This document shows positions 1-10,278 of a DNA stretch of 64,000 nt, one piece after another; within the stretch, counting starts at the first letter, position 1, and each line of letters starts with the position of its first letter. A program made the translations under genes and the position numbers. The stretch comes from Candidatus Poribacteria bacterium. GTDB lineage: Bacteria > Poribacteria > WGA-4E > PCPOR2b. The stretch is from assembly GCA_965208325.1 (NCBI GenBank), contig OZ242326.1, positions 928,001-992,000 of the forward strand. Reading direction: 5' to 3'. The notes below the pieces were generated by a model that did not search any database, was not told the origin of the DNA, and saw nothing but the letters and a program-made list of their open reading frames with translations.

Positions 1-69
1 TCATCGCACGACATAATACCCATTCTGAAACTAGACGCTGCGGCGGGGGTAAGCGCGGCGGATTTTCTG

Positions 70-97
70 TTGACGCCGACTTGCAAATGGGTATAAT
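70..97 (+). promoter_or_regulatory. sigma70-type promoter of the aldolase/dehydrogenase operon
   Basis: TTGACG (70-75), 16-bp spacer, TATAAT (92-97); GGAGG RBS before ATG 168. Confidence 0.65.
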
Positions 98-167
98 GGA
101 CTTGCGCGTTCGACTGTTTCAAATCGTTGAAGAATAAAATAACCAAAAAACCTGGAGGACACCGTAG

Positions 168-1025
168 ATGAATTTTGGAGCCTTGGGTTGGGGCAAAACA
201 AACCGGTTAGCACAGATGTTCAAACCCAATCAGGACGGAGAATATCATACCGTCATGTTGGCAGTGGACCACCCGTATTTTTATGGGCCGACCGAAGGAT
301 TAATCGATCCGAGAAAAACAATACGTCCAATTGTCCCCTATGCAGATGCTATCAGCCCTGCAAAAGGTACGCTCGAATACTGCTTGGACCCGTTCGTAAC
401 CACACCCGTAATTTTAAGGGTAACCGGCGGCAATAGTTTGACGAGGCGCGACGAATTATCTAATGAACATATTATAACGTCCGTAGATGAGGCGGTAAGG
501 CTGAATGCAATTGGGGTTTCGGTCTCAGTGTACATTGACAGCGATCATCAAACGCAAACCATCAAAAATCTTGGGACGTTAGCGAACCAAGCCAGTAAAT
601 ACGGCTTATTAGTATTAGGCATCACCGCTGTGGGGGCAACATTAGAGCAGCGAATTAAAGGCGAAGGCGCTGGAGATGACACGTTTGATGCCGCCAGATA
701 TTTTGCCCATGCGGGAAGAATTATCCAAGAAAACGGCGCGGATATTGTCAAAACATATTATTGCGACAATTTTGAGCAAGTTAGGGAGGGGATTCAAGTT
801 CCCATTGTCATTGCAGGCGGAAAGAAGATTCCTGAACAAGAAGCGTTGGAATTCACCTATAACGCGATCAGTGCAGGTGCCAACGGCGTCGATATGGGGC
901 GGAATATTTTTCAAGCGGAAGCGCCCGCCGAAATGATACAAGCTGTCAAGTCAATCGTCCATGAAGGAAAAACGCCTGATGAAGCAATGGTTATCTATGA
1001 TGAACTCAAACAGGGGACACCGTAA
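168..1025 (+). CDS. lsrF: LsrF-like class I aldolase/thiolase (DhnA/FbaB family)
   Basis: LAVDHPYFYGPT, GADIVKTYY (Schiff-base Lys), VPIVIAGG, GVDMGRNIFQ motifs. Confidence 0.8.
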   Translation: MNFGALGWGKTNRLAQMFKPNQDGEYHTVMLAVDHPYFYGPTEGLIDPRKTIRPIVPYADAISPAKGTLEYCLDPFVTTPVILRVTGGNSLTRRDELSNEHIITSVDEAVRLNAIGVSVSVYIDSDHQTQTIKNLGTLANQASKYGLLVLGITAVGATLEQRIKGEGAGDDTFDAARYFAHAGRIIQENGADIVKTYYCDNFEQVREGIQVPIVIAGGKKIPEQEALEFTYNAISAGANGVDMGRNIFQAEAPAEMIQAVKSIVHEGKTPDEAMVIYDELKQGTP

Positions 1026-1029
1026 GAAG

Positions 1030-2067
1030 ATGAAAGTCGGGATGTATTATAATAACAACGATGTACGGTTAGAAAATATGGCGGTTCCAGCCATCGGCGA
1101 CAGCGACTTGTTGATGGAGGTGAACGTGAGCGGTATTTGCGGCAGTGACATAATGGAATGGTACCGCATCCAGAAAGCGCCGTTGGTGTTAGGCCATGAG
1201 GTGACCGGTAATGTTGTCGAACTGGGAAAGAACGTCAAAGAATACCGGGTAGGTGACAGAATTTTTGCCACACACCACGTTCCGTGCGATGATTGCCATT
1301 ACTGTTTACGCGGCCATCATACCGCGTGCGAAACATTCCATTCCGAAAACAACTTTGACCCCGGCGGTTTCGCGCAGTATTTAAGAATTACAGGGAAAAG
1401 TGTAACGAAAGGGACATTAAAACTGCCCGATAGTGTCTCTTTTGAACAAGGAGCCTTTATCGAACCGCTTGGTACGGTGGTCAGGGGGAGCAGGGCTGCA
1501 GAAGTGCAACCGGGCGATAGTATGCTTATCCTTGGAAGCGGCCTAGTCGGACTGCTCCATATAAAATTAGCGCGTGCGGAGGGTGCGGGGCGAATTATCG
1601 CAACAGACATGCATGAATCACGTTTACGGTTTGCGGAGGAGATTGGTGCAGACCATACCATTGACGCTAGTGCGGATGTGCCAAGTTTGGTTCGCGAGGT
1701 CAATGAAGGGAATCTTGTTGACAAAGTTATCGTCTGTACGGGCGCATCATCAGCCGCAACTCAGGGGCTAAAATCGGTTGATAAGGGAGGAACAGTGTTG
1801 TTTTTCGCTGTTCCCAAACCGGGGGTGCCCATTGCAGTTGACATCAACGCGTTTTGGAGGGATGATATCAGTGTTAAAGTAAGTTACGGTGCGGGGCCGG
1901 CAGACAACGAACAAGCACTATCACTTATCAGCGCCGGGAAGGTCACTGTGACCGACATGATTACACATCGGTTAAGCCTTGATGCCATCGGAGAGGGTTT
2001 TAGGCTGGCAAACGAAGGCGCGGATAGCCTCAAGGTCATGATTGAACCAAACCGGAGTGGAAGCTAA
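1030..2067 (+). CDS. Zn-dependent alcohol/polyol dehydrogenase (MDR family)
   Basis: GICGSD, GHE, CxxCxxC structural Zn site, GSGLVG; ATG 1030 lies just after the upstream stop. Confidence 0.9.
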   Translation: MKVGMYYNNNDVRLENMAVPAIGDSDLLMEVNVSGICGSDIMEWYRIQKAPLVLGHEVTGNVVELGKNVKEYRVGDRIFATHHVPCDDCHYCLRGHHTACETFHSENNFDPGGFAQYLRITGKSVTKGTLKLPDSVSFEQGAFIEPLGTVVRGSRAAEVQPGDSMLILGSGLVGLLHIKLARAEGAGRIIATDMHESRLRFAEEIGADHTIDASADVPSLVREVNEGNLVDKVIVCTGASSAATQGLKSVDKGGTVLFFAVPKPGVPIAVDINAFWRDDISVKVSYGAGPADNEQALSLISAGKVTVTDMITHRLSLDAIGEGFRLANEGADSLKVMIEPNRSGS

Positions 2068-2178
2068 ATCACGGCGCCGAACTAAAGGTTGCTACAAGGA
2101 GGGCATAACCCAATTCAGCAAGTAACTGAAAGTCGATGGAAAAGATGCCGCATAACCCGCTTTCGAAGGGTACGGATT

Positions 2179-3417
2179 TCAAAATTCTTCCTGCAGTTTC
2201 GGATGGTTATCAAGCACTTTGATGAGCGTTCGTACGAGTTTTTCAGGGTCGTGGCGGATTACCGTTAGGGGAACTCCATTCTCAACAATAACCGTATCTC
2301 GAATAAGATCTGATTCCACAACGCGGATATCACCGAGATTGTCCTGACCGCGGTCGTAGAAGATTTGCACCTTGGAGGGATCTGCCATCTGCTTGGTCTC
2401 ATCAGAGAGTTGCGAAATATGTTTGGTGAGATTAAGCAGCGAATCCGTAACATGTTTCGGATGTTCTTGCAGCGCGGAAAGAGCTTCTTCCGTGTGCATC
2501 TTAATGCGTGTAAACTGCTCCATGAGCTCCTTTTGGACATAGTTGTTGATTAGTGTTTCAGGAGCAGGTTGATTATTCGCGATAATATAATCTATTGAAA
2601 GATTTGCATGATTGATGATTGCTTGCACGTGGTCGCTGACTGAATAACCGTCAGTTTCGCCCGGCTGAGACATCACGTTGCAGATGTAAACTTTCATCGC
2701 TTTCGACGATCGGATTGCTTCGGCGATTCCCTTGACGACAAGATTGGGCATGATGCTGGTGTATAGGCTTCCGGGGCCGATTATAATGACATCGGCATTT
2801 ACAATTGCGTCGTCAGCCTCTTGATTGGCAGTGCATTGATATGATTTGTTCGGTGGGTGATGATTCTTGCCGTTCTCGCGGGGTTCAAGAAATATCCGCC
2901 GTATTGGTTCCCGATTCTCACGCTCCGGAATTTTGGATTCTCCGCGGACTATCTCGCCATCGGCGAGTTCCGCGCACAATACGGTGTAATTCAAGCTAAC
3001 GGGGATGATTTTCCCGCGTACCGCGAGCAATTTTGATGCTGCCCGGATTGCTTTTGGGAAACTGCCGCCATTCAATTCGGTGAGGGCGGTTAAGAGTAGG
3101 TTGCCGACCGTATGTCCGCCGAGATGGCCATCATTTGAAAAGCGGTATTCAAATAGGCTGTCTAGCTCATCTGCCTCGGACAGGGCAACCAAGAGTTTAC
3201 GAATGTCACCCGGCGGCGGCACATCAAATTCCTGGATTAATCTTCCGCTGCTGCCACCGTCGTCAGAGACCGAAACTATTGCTGACAGATTGTCAATATC
3301 AATAATTCCTGTCCGCCCGGGCGTCCTGTCTGTGTATTGTTTAATCCCACTTAAGAGAGACGATAATCCTGTTCCTCCGCCTATACACACGAGCCTTAAT
3401 GCGCTTCCACCTTCCAT
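2179..3417 (-). CDS. yvcK: YvcK/GlmR (UPF0052) family UDP-GlcNAc-binding gluconeogenesis factor
   Basis: IGGGTGLS, SDDGGSSG, PPGDIR, GHTVGNL, GPGSLYTSI, QPGET, IRHDP motifs. Confidence 0.9.
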   Translation of the reverse strand: MEGGSALRLVCIGGGTGLSSLLSGIKQYTDRTPGRTGIIDIDNLSAIVSVSDDGGSSGRLIQEFDVPPPGDIRKLLVALSEADELDSLFEYRFSNDGHLGGHTVGNLLLTALTELNGGSFPKAIRAASKLLAVRGKIIPVSLNYTVLCAELADGEIVRGESKIPERENREPIRRIFLEPRENGKNHHPPNKSYQCTANQEADDAIVNADVIIIGPGSLYTSIMPNLVVKGIAEAIRSSKAMKVYICNVMSQPGETDGYSVSDHVQAIINHANLSIDYIIANNQPAPETLINNYVQKELMEQFTRIKMHTEEALSALQEHPKHVTDSLLNLTKHISQLSDETKQMADPSKVQIFYDRGQDNLGDIRVVESDLIRDTVIVENGVPLTVIRHDPEKLVRTLIKVLDNHPKLQEEF

Positions 3418-3622
3418 AACGCCCTCCCAAAATGAGTTTCAACGGTTTTTGCTTTTGAACCGCCGCGAAGCTACGTACCCCAAGCAAAAATTGCGGTTTC
3501 AGACCGCAAGCCCGATACGAACTTTTGAAAATCACTATTCAAAAGGGGCGTATCTGGAAGCGGTAGAATATTCAATATTATCAACGCATCAAAAGTCCTT
3601 GCGTTTCAGTGATAGGAATTCG

Positions 3623-5041
3623 TCAGATGTTCGTTACCTTGCATTCGGAAGAAGCGGACATGAAAACTTTCAATGAATTAAGTGTTGAATCACAAAGCGC
3701 TTCCGCTTGTTCGGACGTGGGCGCCTCGCTGAAAACGCGGATAACAGGCTCAGTGCCCGACTTGCGTATGATGACCCACCTATCGTTCCAAATACGCTTC
3801 AGTCCATCGGTTAAATCGAGCGAAGAACCTTGATTGTCCGGCCAATCCTGACGGTCAAGATAATTTTTTCGGGCGAGTTTCATGACCGTATCCGCGGTTC
3901 GCTGAGAAGGAACCTCCAATTTCTTTTTGCACAATGTGTAACTTGGCATGGCAGCCGCTAATTCCGATATCTTTGAATCACTTGAATCTGAAAGCAATTG
4001 AACGATTGCGGCAATTGAAGCCATACCATCTGTCGTGTATTGGAGTTCCGGATAGATTACACCGCCCGTCCCTTCACCGCCGATTATAGCGTTGGTATGT
4101 TGCATCTTTTCAACGACATAACCGACGCCTACCGCCGTTCGGTGAATTTTGACACCATGCCGATCAGCAATATCATCCAACATACGGCTCGTGGACACTG
4201 TCGCAACAATGTCCCCTTTGCGTTTGTTCAACATGAATTCGGCTGCAAATGCAAAAGTATATTCGCTGCTTAAGGGGATGCCGTCGTCTGTTACAATCAC
4301 AAGACGGTCCGCATCAACGTCGTGCGCGAATCCAATATCGGCTGCTTTAGATTTAACCGCCTGGCACAATTGATTCAATGCGTCGGGCGTTGGTTCTGCA
4401 GCGTGAGGGAAATAGCCATCGGGCACACAGTTTAGTTCGATGACCTGACAACCTAATTCTCTTAACAAGCACGGGCTGATTACGCTCCCGGCTCCGTTGC
4501 AACAATCGATGACAACTTTCACCCTGCGCGAACGCGTTCGAACGCAGCTTATCCAATCGCAATTGAGAATGTTGGCAATATGGTCATTAACTGCAGTATT
4601 GAAGGCTTCAACGCTGCCTTGTTCAGCCCAATTCGCAAGCCTGAAATCCTCGGATTCATAGATGCGCATGAGTTCCGCTAGTTCGGTACGTTTCAAAAGC
4701 CGACCGGATTCAGCCGCGAATTCGAGTCCATTCCAGTCAATAGGGTTGTGGCTCGCTGTTATGACGAGGCTGCCTTGTGCGTTTAATGACTTGGAGGTCA
4801 ACAAGGCAGTTGGCGTTGGGCAGATCCCGGCGTCAACGATTTTACAGCCGGTTGCAATTAGTCCTGCAAGCACCGCATGGCGCGCCATTAACCCAGATGT
4901 TCGCGTGTCTCTTCCGATGACGACAGTTTCGCCGCCCACAAAGGTTCCAAATGCTGCCGCGAACCGCGTCAGCGTCTCCGGATTTAATGTCTCGCCGATT
5001 ATGCCTCGCACTCCTGAGACACTAACGATGAAGTCGCGCAT
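3623..5041 (-). CDS. glmM: phosphoglucosamine mutase / phosphomannomutase (alpha-D-phosphohexomutase)
   Basis: SVSGVRG, TASHNP catalytic Ser, DVDADR metal loop, GGEGTG, RKSGTEP. Confidence 0.8.
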   Translation of the reverse strand: MRDFIVSVSGVRGIIGETLNPETLTRFAAAFGTFVGGETVVIGRDTRTSGLMARHAVLAGLIATGCKIVDAGICPTPTALLTSKSLNAQGSLVITASHNPIDWNGLEFAAESGRLLKRTELAELMRIYESEDFRLANWAEQGSVEAFNTAVNDHIANILNCDWISCVRTRSRRVKVVIDCCNGAGSVISPCLLRELGCQVIELNCVPDGYFPHAAEPTPDALNQLCQAVKSKAADIGFAHDVDADRLVIVTDDGIPLSSEYTFAFAAEFMLNKRKGDIVATVSTSRMLDDIADRHGVKIHRTAVGVGYVVEKMQHTNAIIGGEGTGGVIYPELQYTTDGMASIAAIVQLLSDSSDSKISELAAAMPSYTLCKKKLEVPSQRTADTVMKLARKNYLDRQDWPDNQGSSLDLTDGLKRIWNDRWVIIRKSGTEPVIRVFSEAPTSEQAEALCDSTLNSLKVFMSASSECKVTNI

Positions 5042-5197
5042 TTAAATGCCTAACGGTTAAAATGTTGATGCATTCCGGCCGGCTGTTGCGATTGATTCTG
5101 CCGTTCCTAATGCAACAATTCTTGAAAATGATTCATACGGCTTGTAGGTTTGCAAGCTTTGATTCTAAAACTACGGGATTACAGTCACAAAAAAACG

Positions 5198-5989
5198 TCA
5201 CTTGGACATTTTCTGAGATGCTAGGACACAGCACAAGCATCCAATCAGCACCTGCCAACCGCAAACTTGATACCATGCAGGATAAACAAACAAGTACGAT
5301 GGCATGGGTGTCAATTCGTACAATGCAGGTGTTCTAAAAATATCCATTTCAAGCAGATGGCACACCGCAATCAGCGGATTGATATGCAAGAATGGTGATA
5401 TCATCGGTTGAAGATTTTCGAGATACGCTTCTAAGGGCGAAAGCAGGAAAACACCTCCAATAAGAAAAGCCCACAAAAGATACACGGTTTCAACAGCGAA
5501 GAGTGTGTGCCGGAAAAAGTTCCAAACCAGCGCGGCGATTGACGCTCCCGAAAATATGAATACGATAAACACCACGTGCAGCAATATTACCTTGTAACGC
5601 AGAATTTCGCCGGCCGAGATTGTGAAAACTACCAATGTCACGCCAATAAAACAGAGACTGTAAATCTGACTTTCAAAAAGCAAACGCGCCAGAATGGATC
5701 GAGAACGAATTGGACTCAATAAAAGAATAGTGTCCGACATCCTCAATTTATGGTGCCGGTTAAGTGTGCTGCATGCGAGGTACGGGGAGACAATCAGAAT
5801 CAGAAAGGCTTCGGCTAAAAAGATGAGATTGGCAACCTGCCCCAACTTCGCACGCATCAGTAGCTGGCAAATTACTAGAAGCATCGCGCTCTGTACAATT
5901 ACGGCGATACAAATTTTCCCAACACGCCTCCATCGGTGGCTCAACGTTAGGCTGAAAACCGGGTTCTCAAATCGCCTCGCTAAATTCAT
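5198..5989 (-). CDS. multi-pass membrane protein, ABC-2-type permease-like
   Basis: about 6 hydrophobic segments; LLLSPI..SI and INPL motifs typical of ABC-2 permeases. Confidence 0.5.
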   Translation of the reverse strand: MNLARRFENPVFSLTLSHRWRRVGKICIAVIVQSAMLLVICQLLMRAKLGQVANLIFLAEAFLILIVSPYLACSTLNRHHKLRMSDTILLLSPIRSRSILARLLFESQIYSLCFIGVTLVVFTISAGEILRYKVILLHVVFIVFIFSGASIAALVWNFFRHTLFAVETVYLLWAFLIGGVFLLSPLEAYLENLQPMISPFLHINPLIAVCHLLEMDIFRTPALYELTPMPSYLFVYPAWYQVCGWQVLIGCLCCVLASQKMSK

Positions 5990-6057
5990 CCGCAAACCGT
6001 TTCAAACCAACTTAGACCTGACACATTTCTTGTCCGCTATCCGTTGGAATCAAAGCG

Positions 6058-6738
6058 TCAATTTTGCTCGCCCCCGATATGTTCCCGCAACGCGGCCTGA
6101 ATTTGAAGGATTGTGTCCGCTATTGCATACAGATTTGGATTAAGTTGCAAAGCTCGTTGATAAGCATCAATAGCTTGCCTGAGTTGCCCTAACCTGAGAT
6201 AGCAGTGCCCCATCCCAGCAAATGCGCCAAAGTGATAGGGGTTAAGTGAAATCGCACGCTCACAATCTTCAATTGACTTGTCCCATTGCTCAAGCATAAA
6301 GTAGGCAATCGCCCTCTGATTATGTCCTTCGGCGAAATTTGGGGCGGCTTGAATTGCCGCCGTCAACTTCTCAATAGCATCGTCATATCGTTTATCCTTA
6401 ATGCATCTTGCACCTTCTTTAAGTAGTGCATCGACCGATTCGTTACCGGAACGAAACCAAATCGCCCATAACGCCCGCTCGGCATTCGAGCGCAGCCCAA
6501 AATCTTCATGCTGGAGCGACTCAATCAAGGGTTTTACCGCACCCATGCCGCTGAAAATTCCAAGTGAATACGCGGCTGCGCGCCGGGTTGGGGCGACGTC
6601 GTGTGATAACATGTCAATTAGCGTCTCCTGCGTGTAATTCTTGTCCTCTAGGGCGAACTTCAAGTCTTCTTTCTGTGTTTGATTTGAATAACGCAATAAC
6701 AACTTTGCTAGTTCGGAGTGTCCGTTGCTTGCAGACAT
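6058..6738 (-). CDS. HEAT-repeat plus TPR protein
   Basis: RRAAAYSLG and AERALWAIW followed by three TPR repeats (AEGHNQRA, NPYHFGA). Confidence 0.85.
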   Translation of the reverse strand: MSASNGHSELAKLLLRYSNQTQKEDLKFALEDKNYTQETLIDMLSHDVAPTRRAAAYSLGIFSGMGAVKPLIESLQHEDFGLRSNAERALWAIWFRSGNESVDALLKEGARCIKDKRYDDAIEKLTAAIQAAPNFAEGHNQRAIAYFMLEQWDKSIEDCERAISLNPYHFGAFAGMGHCYLRLGQLRQAIDAYQRALQLNPNLYAIADTILQIQAALREHIGGEQN

Positions 6739-7099
6739 TAATGATTCCTCAAGAATTTAGGTAGCGAAACTTCAGGTTGAAATTCCCCTCATGCCCGGCG
6801 TCGGCCGGTGCAAACGAGAAAAGTCAATGCCAACACGCAGATAACCACCAGATTATGGACCATCAGATCGTTATTCATCTTATCACACTGCCGAAACGAT
6901 AACAAGGTTAAAATAATTGGCGTAGCGTATGGCCCTTCTGGTCAAAAGAACTAATTCCGGTAGGGAGAACTGAAGCGGCGGTTGTGCTTGCCAAGACACA
7001 ATGAATTTAGATATAATCAGTTGATGGAGAACTGTTTATCACTCTAATTCTCATGTCTAATCTCTTGCCCAATTCCGTAGGCATTAGCGCATAAAACTT

Positions 7100-8134
7100 A
7101 TGTATACGCTCGAATCGCTGAAAAAAGAAGACTCAGATGTATGGGATACTATGTTGCTTCATTGCCCGAACAGCACTGCTTTTCACTCAGCTACTTGGCG
7201 TGACGGGTTAGCGGATTCGTTCAATCAGTTGACTCCCGCATACTTTCTGATTCAGGAAAATGGTACGACAGTTGGCGGATTGCCTGCCTTCGTGTTCAAA
7301 CCTATTCCAGGGATCAAGTTGTTACACTCAATGCCGTGGAATCAATGCGGCGGGCTTCAACTTATCGAAGGAAATTCGGTAAAAATCAACTCCCTGTTGC
7401 AAACCGTTGAGCGTCATGTAAGTCTGTTTGCCAACGCACAAAGCCCTTGTGAAACGCTTTTCACGCTTTCGCCATGGCAGACTGAAGTCTACGGGCGGCG
7501 CTTGAACGAATTAGGATACCGTAAGTACAAAGAAAGCTTTACACACTTACTCAAAACCCATGCCGATTACGACGTCATTTGGGCGGGTTACAAGAAGTCG
7601 ATTAGAAAAGCGGTTAGAAAGGCGGAGAAATCAGGGGTATCGGTCTACGAATCGAACAGAGAGATTGATCTTGAAGCATTCTATGAAATTTACTTGGCAA
7701 CGCAAAAAAGGGTAATGAGTGTCCCGAAACCGTTGTCTCTAATGAGATTTCTCTTGCAACGCGGCCTGGCAAAATTAGTCATTGCGAAACACGACGGCTT
7801 AACTATAGCGGGTGTAATTTATCTGTACTTTAACCGCACCGTAACGCCTTGGTGCGGCGGTTCTGTCCCTGCATTCCTTGAGTATCGCCCGAACAACGCA
7901 ATCCTTCACCACATCATCAAATCGGCATGTTCAAATGGATTTGCGTGGGTGGATCTTGGGGCGTCGCCCCCGGAAAATCCTGGACTCATTGTCTATAAAG
8001 AACAATATCGAGCGAAGCGATTTGATTTCTCCAGTTATTTGAAAGTCCACTCACCCGTAAAGCGTGCGGTATGGTTAAAGTCTGAGCCAGCGCTCCGAAA
8101 AATTTACGCTTGGATACAGCGCGCGCGACGTTGA
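7100..8134 (+). CDS. GNAT/FemAB-like acyltransferase
   Basis: FHSATW, RKAVRKAEKSGV, PNNAILH, DLGASP, GLIVYKEQY. Confidence 0.8.
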   Translation: MYTLESLKKEDSDVWDTMLLHCPNSTAFHSATWRDGLADSFNQLTPAYFLIQENGTTVGGLPAFVFKPIPGIKLLHSMPWNQCGGLQLIEGNSVKINSLLQTVERHVSLFANAQSPCETLFTLSPWQTEVYGRRLNELGYRKYKESFTHLLKTHADYDVIWAGYKKSIRKAVRKAEKSGVSVYESNREIDLEAFYEIYLATQKRVMSVPKPLSLMRFLLQRGLAKLVIAKHDGLTIAGVIYLYFNRTVTPWCGGSVPAFLEYRPNNAILHHIIKSACSNGFAWVDLGASPPENPGLIVYKEQYRAKRFDFSSYLKVHSPVKRAVWLKSEPALRKIYAWIQRARR

Positions 8135-8323
8135 TCGTCGGCCGTTCGATTCTACCCGTAGTATACGGCTGAGTAATTTAGAATTTACTTTAAATAATTT
8201 TATGTGCGTGCTAAAATAGTTATCGAACTACATAGAATTTCGTATTGGCTTCTCAAGCCGTGTTCCTAAAACCGAGCGAAATCCCGCAGTAATCTGAGCA
8301 ATCTGAACAAGGAGGAGTAACAA

Positions 8324-9133
8324 ATGGGAGCCGCGCTGATGAGACTAGCCTTTGCATGTATTAGTTCTAGTGTTCTAGTGCATATGGCGACGAGTCCAAG
8401 TTATTCCAAAATTGACCCTAAAACCATCGTTGGACTTTGGTTATTTGATGAAGGCCGCGGCAATATAGCCATAGACGCTTCAGGCAACGGTCATCATGCA
8501 GAGTTCATTGGACTAAAGCCGACATGGGTTGAAGGTAAGTTCGGCGAGGCGTTTGAATTTGACGGGCAGGATGATTCAGTTCTATTTAATGCAGACGAGC
8601 GACCGGAACACGCTTTCATATTCCATCAGCCGACCGACGCGACGTTTGTGTTTTGGATAAAGAGACTCACGTTACCCCATGTTGCGATATTCTGGACGAG
8701 AGGAGATGTAAACGATAACGGGAGGTTCAATGTCTATGCGGGCGCGGGTGAAAATTTTGGGTTTACTTACAAGTCGGATGATGGCATTCCGCATGGGATT
8801 TTTTCTCGAACGGTCGATCTCCCTTTGAAGGAATGGACCCACTTAGCAATAACACGAAAAGGCAATTCCTATATTGCTTACAAAGATGGAATTGTAGCGG
8901 ACAGAGCTGTTGATCCAGAACCCGACCTGCCCACGGCCAGACGTTGGATTGCTTCTGGTAGAGACGGATTTCGTTTCAACGGTATCCTCGACGAAATTGG
9001 CGCGTTCAAGGCTGTCTTGAGTGCAGAGGATATTAACATGATTATGGACAATGGACTCGAGATATCCGCACTCGCTGTGTCATCCGCTAGGAAACTGGCA
9101 ACGATTTGGGGACAGATAAAACACCTGCAATAA
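8324..9133 (+). CDS. secreted LamG-like jellyroll protein 1
   Basis: signal peptide, GLWLFDEG, WVEGKFG, WTHLAIT, GILDEI, C-terminal AVSSARKLATIWGQIK. Confidence 0.85.
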   Translation: MGAALMRLAFACISSSVLVHMATSPSYSKIDPKTIVGLWLFDEGRGNIAIDASGNGHHAEFIGLKPTWVEGKFGEAFEFDGQDDSVLFNADERPEHAFIFHQPTDATFVFWIKRLTLPHVAIFWTRGDVNDNGRFNVYAGAGENFGFTYKSDDGIPHGIFSRTVDLPLKEWTHLAITRKGNSYIAYKDGIVADRAVDPEPDLPTARRWIASGRDGFRFNGILDEIGAFKAVLSAEDINMIMDNGLEISALAVSSARKLATIWGQIKHLQ

Positions 9134-9387
9134 TCTTGGCTTAAGGTTTACAAAAACAGCATATTTGAAACTTGGGTAGGATTTGGGAGCCGCGATTGTG
9201 TTCTCTCAAGAGGCTACCGTGTCCGATGCCAAACGCGTAAGAACATGGGGGATAGATTGAGTTGTTCAAAAGATTGATTAGGGAACTGTCCACTGGGCGG
9301 TATTCAGCGGGACTTTCGGTAGAATAAATCAGCGTGTGTTCAAGCTGCGGCAACACTATGAATTCATAAAAATTGAAGGGGGCAATA

Positions 9388-10188
9388 ATGCACAATTCAT
9401 TATATACGAATTTGATAATTACGCTGACTGTTGTGTTTCCCTTTTTGGCAGGGGCAGTTGTCAACCCGGACGCGATAGTGCTTTCGTTGTCGTTTGACGA
9501 AGGAGCGGGTGAAAAGGCCGAGGACATTTCCCCGCTCGGGAACAACGTATTTTTCATTGATGGGCCGAAGTGGGATGAGGGAAAATTTGGAAAGGGCGTA
9601 CGGTTGAAAAAGACCGCACACCTAGAAACCGAGATGCCAAACCTTGATCTTCACGACACCGATTTGTCGATGGCAATTTGGGCAAAATTCACCGCAGAAC
9701 CCGGTTGGGTTGCACTCATGAGTCACGACGAAGGCGCGCAAATTGGCGCAAAAAAATGGGCATGGTGGTTTTCAGCCGGCGCGTTCGTGTTTTATATTGA
9801 TCACGCAGACGCGAAAGAAACGCGCGAGTGGATTCGTTCCGATTTCTTTGGGACACCAGAACTTGATAGGTGGTACCACCTTGCGATCGTCAAGCAGAAT
9901 GACCTGCATACCCATTATCTCGACGGTGAACCATTTGGCGAAGAAGAAAAAAAAGCCCCTGTGCCCGAAGCAATTATAGGTCCGCTATCCATCGGTGCGA
10001 CAGGCATCAGGTATTTTTTCCAAGGGTTTCTAGACGAAGCCATAATTGTACGCCAAGCGCTAAGCCAGAATGACATCCGGAATCACCGCGATGGCGGCAA
10101 TGTTGGGATTTTAGCGGTTGAGCCCGGCGGAAAACTAGCGACCAGATGGGGCAGCCTGAAGATGAAACGCGAATTGTCCAGTTATTAA
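9388..10188 (+). CDS. secreted LamG-like jellyroll protein 2
   Basis: signal peptide, FDEG, WYHLAIV, YLDG, GFLDE, tail AVEPGGKLATRWGSLK. Confidence 0.85.
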   Translation: MHNSLYTNLIITLTVVFPFLAGAVVNPDAIVLSLSFDEGAGEKAEDISPLGNNVFFIDGPKWDEGKFGKGVRLKKTAHLETEMPNLDLHDTDLSMAIWAKFTAEPGWVALMSHDEGAQIGAKKWAWWFSAGAFVFYIDHADAKETREWIRSDFFGTPELDRWYHLAIVKQNDLHTHYLDGEPFGEEEKKAPVPEAIIGPLSIGATGIRYFFQGFLDEAIIVRQALSQNDIRNHRDGGNVGILAVEPGGKLATRWGSLKMKRELSSY

Positions 10189-10278
10189 TGAAACAATCCC
10201 TCATTGATACATCAGATTTCCGGCAAAATCGAAAATCAATTTCACTATGAATGCTTATCGGCAGTTAAGGGGGTAACA

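Noticed and set aside
3005..3676. 223-aa + strand ORF and similar long antisense ORFs (e.g. 32768-33328, 51461-52009, 53403-53954)
   Set aside because: Shadow ORFs opposite well-supported genes.
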